NCBI RefSeq assembly: GCF_009834535.1
Contig: NC_045696.1
Span: 3,226,001-3,290,000, forward strand
DNA length: 64,000 nt
Reading direction: 5' to 3'
Source: Camelus ferus
Lineage: Eukaryota
Position numbers and translations under genes: made by a program. The notes under the pieces were generated by a model. That model searched no databases and had not been told where the DNA came from. It saw nothing but the letters and a program-made list of their open reading frames with translations. Each line of letters opens with the position of its first letter. The first letter of the stretch is position 1. Shown here piece after piece: positions 1 to 11,900 of the stretch.

Positions 1-1440
1 AGCTTCTTTTTGACCTATGAATTATTTAGGCATGTGTTATTTGATTTCTACACATTTAGAGCTTTTCCTGCTGTTTCCGACCTATTTCTTACTTGATTTC
101 ATTGTGGTCAAGGAAGACATTCTGTCCCCAGAGTGAGCCACCGCTGTCCCCCACCCCCCGCCTCCCAGCTTCTGCCGAGTTCCTGCGTCTGCTCCGGGTG
201 CTGGCGTGTGTGGGTTCTGTGTGGCCCCTTAAGAGTGAAGTCTCTGTTTCCCCCGGTCCTGTGGGGCTCCTGCAATTAAGCCCCGTTGGCCTTCAAAACC
301 CAGTGCTCTGGGGACTTGGCTTCCTGGTGCTGGAACCCAGGGCTGGGGAGCCCATCATGGGGCTCAGAACTCTCGCTCCTGTTGGGGGGGCTTCTGCACT
401 GTGACTGTTCCCTGGTTTGGGGGTCGCTCACCGGGGAAGGAGGGCCTGGGATCTGATTATATTGCGAGTGGCCCCTCCTACCCGTCTTGCTGTGGCTCCT
501 TCTTTGCATCTTTAGTCGTAGTGTGAAGGGAAAGCCGGGCTGGGCTAACAGGATAACTCACAAGTCTAGGAATGTGAAGGAGAGGCTGGGCCAGGCTAAC
601 AAGATAACTCACAAATCTCAGTATTGGAACACTGAGCCGAGTTCTGCTGGACTAACTTGTAAATCTAGGTTAATTAGTGTTGCTTTGCTGTTCATGTTTT
701 TTGCTAGCCAGCTGGGTTTTCAAAGATACATATCTGGCTTTGGAATGTTGGTTTGCTGCCTCCCGCCTCCACTTTTGTGATGATGATGCTGCTAAAGCTG
801 CTTCCATGCCTATTGGCCGAATACCCCAAGCTTGTGTTTTACCCTGTAAAACCTCATGCGGACGTCTTGGAGGTGCTCAGAGCTTCGGAGCAGAAGCCCC
901 TCTGAGCCCGCCGGCGTAATACATCTGAGTACTCCAACCCTCCGAGTGGTGCTTGTTTCTTGGCTGGCCTGTCATTTCTGTAGCAGTAGAAGATCTTTTC
1001 TGGTAAGTTTCAGCCTTTTTCACGGACGGTTGTTCCGCAGATAGCTGTGATTTTGGTGTGCCCGAGAGAGGAGGCGAGTTCAAGGTCTTTCTACTCCATA
1101 ACCTTGGCCGCTCTCCAGAGAACACACTCTGTGTGATTTCAGCTCACTGAGATTTGTTGAGATTTATCGTGCAGCCCAGTGTGTTGTCGAGCCTGCTCAA
1201 TGCACATAAGCACTCGGGGAAGATGCGTGTCTGCTGTCGCTGGGGGGGACGTCCTCCGAACACCAGCTCGGTGCTGTTGACTGGGGCGTAGCTCACATGG
1301 TCTACGTCTTTGCTGGCTTTCTGTCTAGTGGTCCATCAGCTGTGAGGAGGCGTCTTGATGTCTCCAATGATAATTGTAACTCAGCCTCTATTTCTGTTTT
1401 CGGCTCTATCAGTCTTTTTTCATCTATTTTGAGGCCATTT
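1..1440 (-). mobile_element. Nested L1 fragments: an old L1 3' region interrupted by an L1 5'-UTR-like segment (about 120-521 and 986-1115), itself split by a solo LTR
   Basis: T-rich antisense L1-like text at 1-120 and 1120-1440. The sequence ...catctttagtcgtag / gtagaagatcttttctgg... resumes seamlessly across the LTR. Family recognised from memory only. Confidence 0.55.
522..985 (+). mobile_element. Solo ERV LTR (464 bp) with 4-bp target-site duplication GTAG
   Basis: Starts TGTGAA and ends TAGCA. GTAG lies at 518-521 and 986-989. Internal ~51-bp tandem duplication (522-572 vs 573-623). AATACA poly(A)-like signal near 918. Confidence 0.75.
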
Positions 1441-2359
1441 TTTGATAAGGACTAAGGCTTTTGAAATTTCTAAATGCAAAATAATTTTTTGAGAGCAATA
1501 TGTGTCATAAAAAATTTAAGAACACACAGACTACAGTTTCAGTCCAAACCACTGTCAGCTTCCCCATCACACTGTCCTCAGGCCGACAGCAGAAGGAAAG
1601 GCCAGGTCCGCAGAGGTCGGGTCTCAGAAACTAGCTCTCCTCTTTAATTTTTTTTTTTTTTTTGAAATCTTTATCTCCTTATGTGGAAAAATGAAAGCAA
1701 CTCAGAATGGACCTGCACGGCAACATTCTAAACATCCTATTGAAACACTTAAGAGCCATGACATCCCCTTTTCAAAGCAAGGACTTAAAAATAGGACATC
1801 AGAGACTAAGGAGCGGGCCCGGAGTCGCCCCCGGACACAGGCATTAGGGCTGAGTGTCATACGAGGAGCCTGCGTTATGCGTGACTCTGGGCTTGGTTAC
1901 GCCGCAGCGGCCTCTTTCTCCCCCAGAGAAGCGCGTACGGGGAAGCGCCAAGGAGGGAAATGCAGGGAGAACCTGGACTGTCTTCTAATTTATGTTTTTA
2001 AAATGAAGTCACCTATTTTAACATTGCTGGTGACACGGTGAGAAGATGGCTGAGTGGCACGAGCCGGCTCGCATTTCATGTGGTAACATCTTGGGTACCC
2101 GAGCGGCACCCGAGACCACAGGTGCTTTTGTGAGGTGCCCCATCCTGGAGGACAGGGGGTGAGGATGGGGGATCGGGGAGCCTGGCCCAGGCTTTACGCA
2201 CCACTGAGGAACCACAGGGCTCAGGGGACTTTCTTAACCTCCCCTCCCCACCCCCAGCCCCCAGGGTCCTCCCTTATAACCTGAATTAGCTAAACTTTAG
2301 GGTTGTTAGGAAGAGAAAATAAGATCCTCATTACAGGGGACTGTTCCTTTTTAAAAATT

Positions 2360-2488
2360 TTTTGGGGGTAATTAGGCTTATTTATTTATATTTATTTGCT
2401 ATTTTTTTAATGGAGGTGCTGGGGATTGAACCCAGGACCTCGTGCATGCTAAGCACACGCTCTAACACTGAGCTACATCCTACCCCCC
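2360..2488 (-). mobile_element. tRNA-derived SINE (camelid vic-1-like)
   Basis: ggggattgaacccaggacctcgtgcatgctaagcacacgctctaacactgagcta carries reverse-complemented pol III B and A boxes plus a (TTTA)n tail. Near-identical copies occur elsewhere in the window. Confidence 0.85.
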
Positions 2489-4199
2489 ACAGGGGGTTGT
2501 TTCTGTCATTTGTTTTTGCATAAACTTCCAGTAGGAACTGGAATGATAGAAGTGGTATAAACATTTTTGGTTTTGCCTCCATCTGGGTGAAGTTTGCATC
2601 AAAGCTGGAACGCTAACAGATAACTCTGAGAGGTGGCCCATTCCACGCCCTCCTGCCCCGCGCCACACCTGCTGTCCTGGCCTCTGTCTTGCAGAGGGCA
2701 CTGCCCAGCAGGGACGTGAAGCCCAGATAAGGACACAGCCAGTGAGATGGGACTTGGCCCAAGGATCATAACCCTTTATGACACATAATCCAACCAGTGA
2801 ATGTGCAGTCGGATTTGCCCGAGTTCTAGGGCCAGGCCCTCTATGACTCTGCCTAGAAGAAAGTGAAGGCAGACATGCACAAAGGGTGTAAAATAGAAAT
2901 AAAGTTCAGTGAAAACTCTTTAAAGATGATCAAATCTGGGAACTTTGTCCAGTGAATGAAGCTCCCTGTTGGTCAATCGTGACTGACCAGGAAACCACGG
3001 GGTGCCCTGCTCTCTTCACCAGCGTCTCTGGGGCTTATAAATAGAGTCGCGCAGGCAGTGCGAGGGCCACGCAGGGACTAGCTACTGCCCTTCGGGGAGC
3101 TCTGCTTGGTGTGGCTTTTCTTGTCCTTTCCTCAGCTGGAGTGGACACTTTCCCGTCAGGCCTGGCCAGATGGAAAGTCCTCACGCCACACACCTGTGTC
3201 TGCGGTAGACGGGGGCTGTAAATGACCCAAGGACCATATCAAAGGGCCCTGTTTGGGGCTGGTGGGGGAGGCAGGAGGGAACATGGTGGGTCACCAGAGC
3301 AGGAGTCTTTGGGCTGGACCGTCCAGCACTCACGATCGGGAAGGGAACAGCACTGAGGCCCCAGGAGGCAAGACTCCAGCCGGAGCCTGCAGCTGGGAGG
3401 AAGGCACTGGCTCAGTCCTCGCCATGGGGCCGGAGGTGCAGATTAACGGGAGAACGTACGTGCCCGCACTTACCCCAGGCTCCCTGGAGCCGAGGCGAGG
3501 AGTCAGCAGATGAATTCCAGACTCACCTGCTGGGAGGAACAGGGCTCTGGTGCCGAGCTGAGTGTGGGAGGTGTAAGTGCAGCTTGGCGGCATCAGGGAG
3601 GCTGGACGCGATGGCTTGGAAGTGGCGGATTAGGCGTCAGGCTCCCGGTGTCTCCCTCCGAGCTTTCAGTTCCTAGGAGGCCACGGCGGGGACTCATGTT
3701 GGGTTTCGGGGCCTGGGTCACCGGAGGGGGCTGCTGTGCAGTAGCACCGCCTCTCTGGACGAGAAGGGCTGAGCAGGTCGGGGAGGAGAGCGTGGGGAGG
3801 CCTGGGTGAGTCTGCAGCTCACCGCGTGGCCTCTGGGGTTTGTTGGGCGGGACGGGGACTCACTGGTTAGGAATGGGCAGCCTCGCTCAGCGCGCACCAC
3901 CCCCAGGCCTGTGTTTAACTTCAGGGAAGGTGTACGCGAGCGGGTCATGGGTCAAGCGTGTCAGCGGGGCGTGGCCGGGGGGGACTCCTCCAAGGTCAAA
4001 TACCCACCCCGGGACTGACTCAGTGCCTCACCGATGGAGGTGGTGGGGGCGAGCTCTCCTCTTTCTTTCTGGGGAGAGCAAACTCATTATTTTTTTAAAT
4101 ACAGTGTTTTTTTTTTTAATTATAAAAGCTGATTATGCTTACTATAGAAACATTGCAACGACCAGGAGAGCAGAATCCAAGGGAAGGGAAGCAACTCGT

Positions 4200-5110
4200 C
4201 TTTCAGGGTGACACCCACTGGTGTATGTTCTTTTGCCTCCTTTTTTCTACTGAGTTGTTTGTAAAGCTTTGTTGCCTTGTCCTTTTTGATTTACTACTGC
4301 AGCGTGAAAATTCTCCCCGTGATTACAAACTCCACAGAAGTATGCTAGTGACGGTTGCATGGTGTTTCACCTGTGTGGCTGTAACTAACACGTGCTAGTG
4401 ATTTCTCTATTTTTGGTAATTTGGGTTGTTTATAATTTTTCACTATGACCAAGACTTCCTTTGATGAACATCTTCATGCAAAACGATTTTTCTTGGGGAA
4501 AGTAAACAGATTTTTCTGTGCTTAGGGTTCTTTCTTTAGGGCATCCCGGAAAGTAGATTTACTGGGTCAGAGAGCGTGTGCTTTCTAAGATTCTTGGCAC
4601 AAAATACCATGTTGATTTCCACAAAGGTGATGCCAGCTTCCACTTACTCTGGATGGACGTGTCCATCTCACCTGAACTTTATTTGGCAGCATTGAATCTT
4701 CCGATTAAAAAACCAAAATCTGACAATTTGACTGGCTTGAAGAGTGTTATTATTGTTTTCAATTATATCTTTGATTGCTAAACATGGTTCTCATTTTTCC
4801 TATAATTTTTAGGCATGTGCATTTTGCCTTCTAAAAATTTTGTGTTCATGTTCTTTGCTTCTTTATCCATTCGAGTTCCAGGGTTTTAAAAGTCATTTTG
4901 TATGAGATCTTTGTGTCTTAAAGTTTTAAAATTCCTGTCCTTCATATCACTATAAACTTTTTACAGTTAAAAAATTTTTATATCTGAAGTTTAAGACAGT
5001 TTGCATAGTAAAATTTGTTCTCTACCTACATATGTTACATATATTTAGGTGGTTTCTCTTATTGTTACAAGGCTTGGAAATACCTAAACCTTCCAGAAAT
5101 CTGTCAAGTA
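4200..5110 (-). mobile_element. Degenerate L1 fragment
   Basis: AT-rich antisense L1 3' motifs (ttgggttgtttataattttt, gatttactgggtcagag). Boundaries approximate. Confidence 0.5.
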
Positions 5111-5460
5111 TTTACTGTCATTTTCTTTAATTTACATTAGACGGAGCTGCTATAGTAACTGTTTTGGTTGTGGGTGAAGAGGTGAAGGTTGGTTGTCATA
5201 GCAACCCTCCCATGTCATGTTCCATTATTATCTGCTGTCACTTCAGCTGGGTGTGGTTATTTACCTGGTAGAGTGACCCACATATTGACGTCTGTAGGAT
5301 AAAAATCCTTAAAAGGGCTTATATTTACTGGGTCACTTCGGTTTTCCATGGACCAGGGCTGCTGGGTGAGAAACTGCTAACAGCAGCCCGGGTGACCTCC
5401 CCCCAGCCCCACAACCTTGGGCTATGAGCATCGTCCTCCTGGTCCCTGTGGAGTGGCAGC

Positions 5461-5975
5461 TGTAATAGAGAAGGACAGGCTGACTCCACATGCAGTCTGT
5501 CCCTTCAGCTCTAGCCCTGGGCTCTCTTTCCCGTGCGGAGTCACATTGGCTCTGCACCTTTTGTAAAGGAGTGTTTCTTAGAGCTGACATCCGCAGGAGA
5601 GCCCGTTCTCAAGACTCTGACCTTCGGGGTAGAACACTTTCCATTCATATAAAGATTAAAAATTGCAGAATAGAAAATAACATTTTGTTGGAGGTTTACA
5701 GGGACACCATGACCTGACCCACGTGGACAGCTGCTAAGAACCTAGGATTCCAACACCAAGAAGTTTGCAACAACCAACCACACCCCCCTCCCCTTTTTAG
5801 TATAAAAGGAGCCTGAATTCTGACCTGGGGAAGATGCTTCTCCTGGGGCATTAGTCCACCATCTTCTTGGTCTGCCAGCTTTCCAAATAAAGTCATTATT
5901 CCTTGTCCCAACACCTCGTCTCCTGATTTATTGGCCTGTTGTGCAGCGAGCAGAATGAGTCAGGACTCGGTAACA
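5461..5975 (+). mobile_element. Solo ERV1-like LTR, copy A
   Basis: TGTAA...TAACA termini, TATA box (tataaaag near 5801), AATAAA near 5886. Aligns end to end with the reverse complement of 15233-15748. Confidence 0.8.
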
Positions 5976-7319
5976 CGGGCACACAGCCTCCCTCGGTAAT
6001 CAGGACCATCTGTCCAGTCAGTACCCCTCCTCTGCCGGCTGGTTCAGCGACGTGAAGGGGCCGTGGGGACGGTCTGCACTGCCAGTTCGGTGGCCCGGGA
6101 GCGTGTGTCCAAGGGGAAGCCAGCCTCTCTGAATAACAGCCCTCCAGCCCACTCAGGCCATGGTCAGGGGGTGGGAGCAAAATTTCCTCCAGTAGTTACA
6201 CCCTTTTGTCCTCTGAAAAGCCACTCCTACTTCTGTCGCTTGGTGTCTGGACAAGCATGCTTGGCTTGAGACGGTCCCATGTGTCATTCCTTGTTAAGGC
6301 ATAGACTGCGCTGCGTTCACCACTGGCTGCCGAGCAGACAGTCCCACTGTGCTACGAAGCTAGCTGTTCTGGGCGGTGGGTATATGGCACGGCCGGTGAA
6401 TGGCTTGGACACCGTTATTTCCTTGCCCTACAGTGTGTTGTGATGCATTCCGTGCATTGAATGCTGCATTCTGTAAATTCCCAAGTGGTGGCGCCGTCAG
6501 TGGCTGCGGCAAGCTCAGAGGGAAGTCACGTTCAGACCCGGATAATGTGTCCTACCCCTCTGTAATGGGAGAAATCTCACAAAATGAGCTTGCTACCAGG
6601 TTGCTGGCTGCCGCTCCTGGGGAAGGATGCCACATGTGGGCTCCGGTGCCAGGCTTTGCCGTCAGCAGGATGGGAGCTTGGTGGTGTCACTCAGATCAGC
6701 CACGGCGAGGGGCAACATGTGGTGTTGATTTTACACCACCATCGCCTCTCCTTACGTGGGCCAGGTGCATGTGGGCAGGGAAAGAAAACTGGTGTCTTTG
6801 CATTCATGAGGATTTTGCTCAGCCCTGCTGACACCTGCTGCCACCATGAGAAACCTGCACCAGAGGACCCAGGGGAGCTGTGACCCAACATGTAACCCAC
6901 AGAAACGGTAAGATAATAAATGTTCGTTGTTTTAAAGCACTAAGTCTTGGGGTCATTTGTCACATGGCCACAGAGAACTAACACCGATGTGTGCTGTCTC
7001 TCTTACTAGGACTTCGCAGTGGTGCCACACAATATAGTCTGCCGTGAGCGTTTCACAGCCATTGAAACCTCGGCCCGGTGGCGGGGCGTCCTGTATGACA
7101 GCCCAGACCAACCGTAGCAGAGCTGCCAGCTGTTCTGAGCTCCCATCAAAACTGCAAGCATACTGGCGGCTTGTTAACTAAGCCAGGACAACATGCCCAA
7201 ATGTAGTGGCTCTCACCTCAGAATCCCATGAGTATGTATTGCCGTGAGTGGTACAAGGAGCAGAAATTTATCTTTCCCTTCTGAGAGGATATTTCCACTG
7301 CCCCAGGTCTTTCAAAAAA

Positions 7320-7500
7320 AATTATTGTTGATTTACAATGTTAGTTTCAGGTGTACAACGAAGTGGTTTGGTTAAATATATACATGCATAGATTTTTTTT
7401 TTCAGGTTCTTTTCCATTCTGTGTTATTACAAGAATATAGTTCCCTGTGCTGTACAGTAGGTCCTTGCTGTTTATCTATTTTATGTACAGTTATGTATGT
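7320..7500 (-). mobile_element. L1 3' end fragment
   Basis: gttgatttacaatgttagtttcaggtgtaca...ttccctgtgctgtacagtagg. Similar to the reverse complement of 39155-39320. Confidence 0.65.
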
Positions 7501-7934
7501 TCCATTGCCCTGGGTCTTCGAAACACCCCACCCATAGGCTGGGTCCCCTGCCCTTTCCAGTTCCAGTCTCCGACGCAGTTGTGTCTTACTTCCTGTTTTC
7601 CAAATCCAATGGACATGACATCATAGCGTCAGTGTAATGGGCCAGCAAGATGTTTGTTCAAGGTCTCTCTGAATGTGCTGTGACAGAGAGCAGGGGACTT
7701 GGCAGAACCCAGGTTCACACAGTAGAGGCATCTTTTGTCCATTCCCTGCAAGGTAAATTACTTCTGATGACCTTCTCTGAAGACATGGGGGGACCAAGCA
7801 TTGTCCAGGTCAACGGCTGCACATCAGATTCTAGGGAATTCACTCCAGGAACACGATCCCAGACAGGACCTCGGCCGAAATTGTTATCAAGACTTGATTA
7901 ACTTTGTGATGCTCTCTATGGCCGGCTTGACAAA

Positions 7935-8110
7935 GGTCTGACTGTGGCCCAAATCCCCAAATCCTGTCTGTGGCCTGTTTTCGTACAACTTGCAAGCTAA
8001 AAATGGTTTCTACATTTTTTAAGGGCCACAAAAATAAAACAAAGGAGAATATGTGACAGAGACCAACTGTGTTTACTAAGCCTAGAACGTTTACTCCCTG
8101 GCCCTTCACA
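7935..8110. mobile_element. MER58-like hAT DNA transposon remnant
   Basis: gcaagctaaaaatggtttctacattttt...tgtgacagagac...tttactccctggcccttcacaga. Recognised from memory. Confidence 0.5.
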
Positions 8111-8589
8111 GAGGAGGTACGCTCTGTAGCCATTCCCATAATGCACCTGGCTGGAGCACTGGCCAAACATGTGAACTCCAGGGGCGTGTGGAAGGGCGAC
8201 TCCTGAATTTTTCAAGTCCTTGATTGTGGCATTGATTTCTGTAATTCTTTCCTGGACCGTGATGATGGTTTTGCTTCACTCTCCTGGTGAGAGACACTTG
8301 CACCATGATAGGCCTCTCCAAAACTCAGAGCAGCAATGTAGCTACTAAGAGCATCTCTTCAGGCCCTAAGGAGATTCCCAAGGGATGTGCGTGTCACCTC
8401 ATTGGACCCACGATGAGATGGACTTGGGCCAAGACTCCAACCAGCACCTGAAATCCACAGGCTCCCTCTTTGGTGGACCACCCGGGGTTTGGGTCTCTGA
8501 GGATTAAGGTCAGTTCAGAGCTAGTATTTAAATGACCTTCAGAGCTAGTGTTTACTGACCTTCAGAATGTCCAGGGCACAGTCCCCTGG

Positions 8590-8995
8590 GTGTAGTAGTC
8601 TCTAGGACGGCTGTCAGGAAGTATCACAAACTGAACTTACAACAGAAATGTATTGTCTCCTTGTTCTGGAGGCTAGCAGTCAGATCAGGGGTCACCAGAG
8701 CTGGTTCCGTCTGAGGGTAAGTCTGTTCCATGCCTCTGCCCTAGTTCCTGGCGGCCTCAGGTGTCCCTTTGGCTGTACATGGTGTCTTAGTGTCTTTATG
8801 TCACCTCCTCTCTGTGCATGTCTGTTTCAAATCTCCTCTGTTTCACAAGGATGTGGTCATGATGGATTGTCCCCACCCTAATGACCTCATCTCAGTGCGA
8901 TCATCTGCAAAGATCCTACTTCCAAACAGGGGCGCATTCAGGAGTCCTGGGTGTTAGGACTGAAGCATCCTCTGTGGGAGACACAGTTCAGCCCC
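8590..8995 (-). mobile_element. MLT1 (ERVL-MaLR) LTR remnant
   Basis: acaacagaaatgtattgtctc...ttctggaggctag...atgacctcatc...atctgcaaagatcctacttccaaa is typical of MLT1. Confidence 0.65.
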
Positions 8996-11900
8996 GGCAA
9001 GTGGGCGCTGGCGAGCGGCTCGCTTGCTCCAGGGGGCTTGGGGGAGGCTCAGCACGCTCATCCACGGCCTTGCTCTAAGGCTATTCCCCGAGGGACCTGG
9101 CCTCCATTCTTGCTGAGGGACTCTCGGTCCCACAACAGCTCTGGGCTGCAAAGGCTGGAGGAGCCACAGGACTTGTGAAGGATGCTGGTGGCCCCCTACC
9201 AGGGCATTTCTGAACACCTGAGTGATGGGCTCACCCAAAAAAGTTGCAGGACACATTGGTAGAAGCCTGGGGAGGATGTCTGAGGGCGGAGTTGAGGGAT
9301 GTTGGACCCCAGGGTGGCCAAGAAGGGTGCACATAATAGGTCCTCTCCAACACTGAAGCCTCCCTGAGCCCGGGAAACCCCTCCCTGCTATAACACCAGG
9401 CTTCCCACACCTAAGGTGCATGGGAAGCACCTGGGAATATTCTAGAATGCAGACTTCCCTTCATGAAACCTGGGAGGGAGCGTGTCTACTGAGACCCCAG
9501 GGGTGGGATGCTGCTAACTCGAGACCCCCTTGAGTAGCGAGGTTGTCATGTTTGGGAGGCAGAGGGTGGGGCTCTGGCATTGTGACTGCATGAACTCTTG
9601 GTCACCTTCAAGCCCGGGGCTTGGTTACCCACTTGCAAGATGGCCACAGTGCTAGGCCAGCACATCCCTCCTGAATCCTGATGATGTCAGTCTTAGCACC
9701 TCATCCTCTGTGGTCCAACACCCCCAACTCACCTGCAGTCTTCCCTGGAATCCTGCTGATGCAACTCTGCAGTCCTCTGGGAGCGCAGGCTGTCTCCCCT
9801 AGCAAGCCCCCGTCTCCATCTGGGCCATGCGTGGTCTCACCCTCGTGCACCTGGAAGGGATGTGGGGATGTGGAAACAGCCCCATCCTGCGTCTGCATCC
9901 CGGGTGAGCCGTGGGGCTGTCAGTGGTCAATGGAAGCATTTATGGAGGGACAGACGCACGGCCTCAGATGGGGTGGAGGGATCATCTCTGCTGGGGGAGA
10001 AGCGTCAGGGTGTTCGCTTGGGGTTCAAAATTCTCAGCCTCATGTTTCTGCCCAAACATCCCAACCTAAGTCTCAGAGTTTAACCCTTTGCTTTCCAACT
10101 CCAAGACCTTGGTGGAAGGAAGCTGGAAGTGATGGATGTCTAATGGACGCTGCACTTCCAGAAACGGGGTCCCAGCCTGAGCCCAGCCTCACTGCCCTGC
10201 AACTCTGGGAGCTTAGCTGGGAAAGCCGTTCCCATTGTCCCGTCCTCAGGGAGGCATCCTCAGACCTCAGTTTCTTCTCTCCTCCTTGAACGTTTCGTAG
10301 CTCTCGGAAGCAGCCAGCTGATCCTGATCTTTATCACACGACTGTCACCATGGAAATGAGATGCCCTGCCACTCATCCTCCCCCCAGGTGTCTTACCTCA
10401 CACTTCAGTCCACACCACCTCCTACTGGTTTGAGACCTGAGCCTGTGTCCCCAGCTGGGAGCCATGCCCGAGGGGACAACCTTGGGGTCTATTAACAGGG
10501 TCATTGCTGGTAGCAGTTTCTATATCAATCGGAGTTTCTGCAGGAAACAGGCCTGTCACTCCCAATCGGGTAATTCCGGGGAAGTTAGATGGAGAGAGTG
10601 CTGACCTCTCTTTGGGGCTAGGGAACTCTTCAGCCTGAGGAGAGGACAGGGTCAGTTTGGGGAGCCAGAGAAGACTGCCAGGTGCAGAGGGCTGCCCGCC
10701 GGAGCACTGGGGGGACCGAGGAGTACAGCCAGTCTGCCGTGACCTTGCCAGCAGGGACCCAGGACATAAAACCCCAAGCTCACTTCCTCCTGAGGCCCCA
10801 CATCCTGCTGGTGCCACCCACAACAACAGCCAGAAGCCAGAGGACATGAGGGCCAGAGACACAGCCAAGTCAGCCACTCCCAGGGGCTCTGACTGCTGAC
10901 AGGGATGGGCAGACAGAGGACACCCCAGACACTCAGGCCTGAAAAGAACCAGCGTGGCTCTGGCGAAGGGCGGGGGCAGGTCAGGCCGAACCACGTGCAG
11001 TGGGAGTAGGGAAGGGGGCCTGACCGCAGATGGAGGACTGTACCGAGAAAGCAGGAAGGTGCGCTGGGCTCGCAGAGCAAGGGGTTCCCGCCTCGGAGCC
11101 CTGGCAGGAGAGGACTGTGGGTCAGGCCAGGCTCCCTGTCCTGGGTCCGACCTCTGTGTTTTCCAGTAAGAGGAGTGAAGCCCAGAGGAGCCCCAGTCCT
11201 TGCGCACGGGGACCCCACTTGCTAGGGCATCGTCGCTCAAGTCGTTTCTTCCCCACCAGTTGGTCATTTTTTAAACACAGGGTGTGTAAGGTGATTGTGT
11301 GGTCACTGTGTTAGCGCTGTCTCCTAGGAGCCCTGGAGTCACTGCTGCAAGCCTGAGAGGCAGTCTGGGAGCGACACAGGCCCCGCTGGCCATGCCGCCC
11401 TCCCAGGAGGGCGAAGTCAGACACACAGAGGACAAGCATCTGTGTCTCCCTCCTTAACTGAAAAGAGCATCACCTTTTAACCGTATTTCTTCCAGATTTT
11501 CTTTGATGAACTAGAACATCACAGACAGGTTGAAAGCCCCTCCAGCTCTGGTGCCCCTCTCCGTGCCTCCCCAGGCTCGGCCGTATTTGGCTGCCAGCGC
11601 GCCCCCTTCCTGTCTGCGCGGCTGCAGTTTCTCGCATGTGGGTGCAGCTCTAAGAGCGCGTGGCATTGCTCACTTACTTTGGAAATCTGTGTCATAAACG
11701 ACATCATACTCTAAGAACGATTCTTAGCTTTTCTTGTTGAACTTTGTTTTCAATATTTATCCATTATTATTATTGCTTATTAATTTCATTATTCTTTCAT
11801 TTTCATCTTCTATGAGGTATTCAGTTTATTTATTTACTTATTTCCGTGTTTTCCCCTTTCCCGTTGATGAACATTTATATTGCTTTCTCCTCTTTTTCGC

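Noticed and set aside
2410..2488. tRNA-like A/B box sequences (also near 23800, 30305 and 41985)
   Set aside because: Heads of SINEs with simple-repeat tails, not tRNA genes.
10422..11267. 281-aa minus-strand ORF, and similar long ORFs at 47136-47972 and 48136-48963
   Set aside because: Pro/Gly/Ser/Leu-rich composition expected from GC-rich non-coding DNA. No domain or exon structure.
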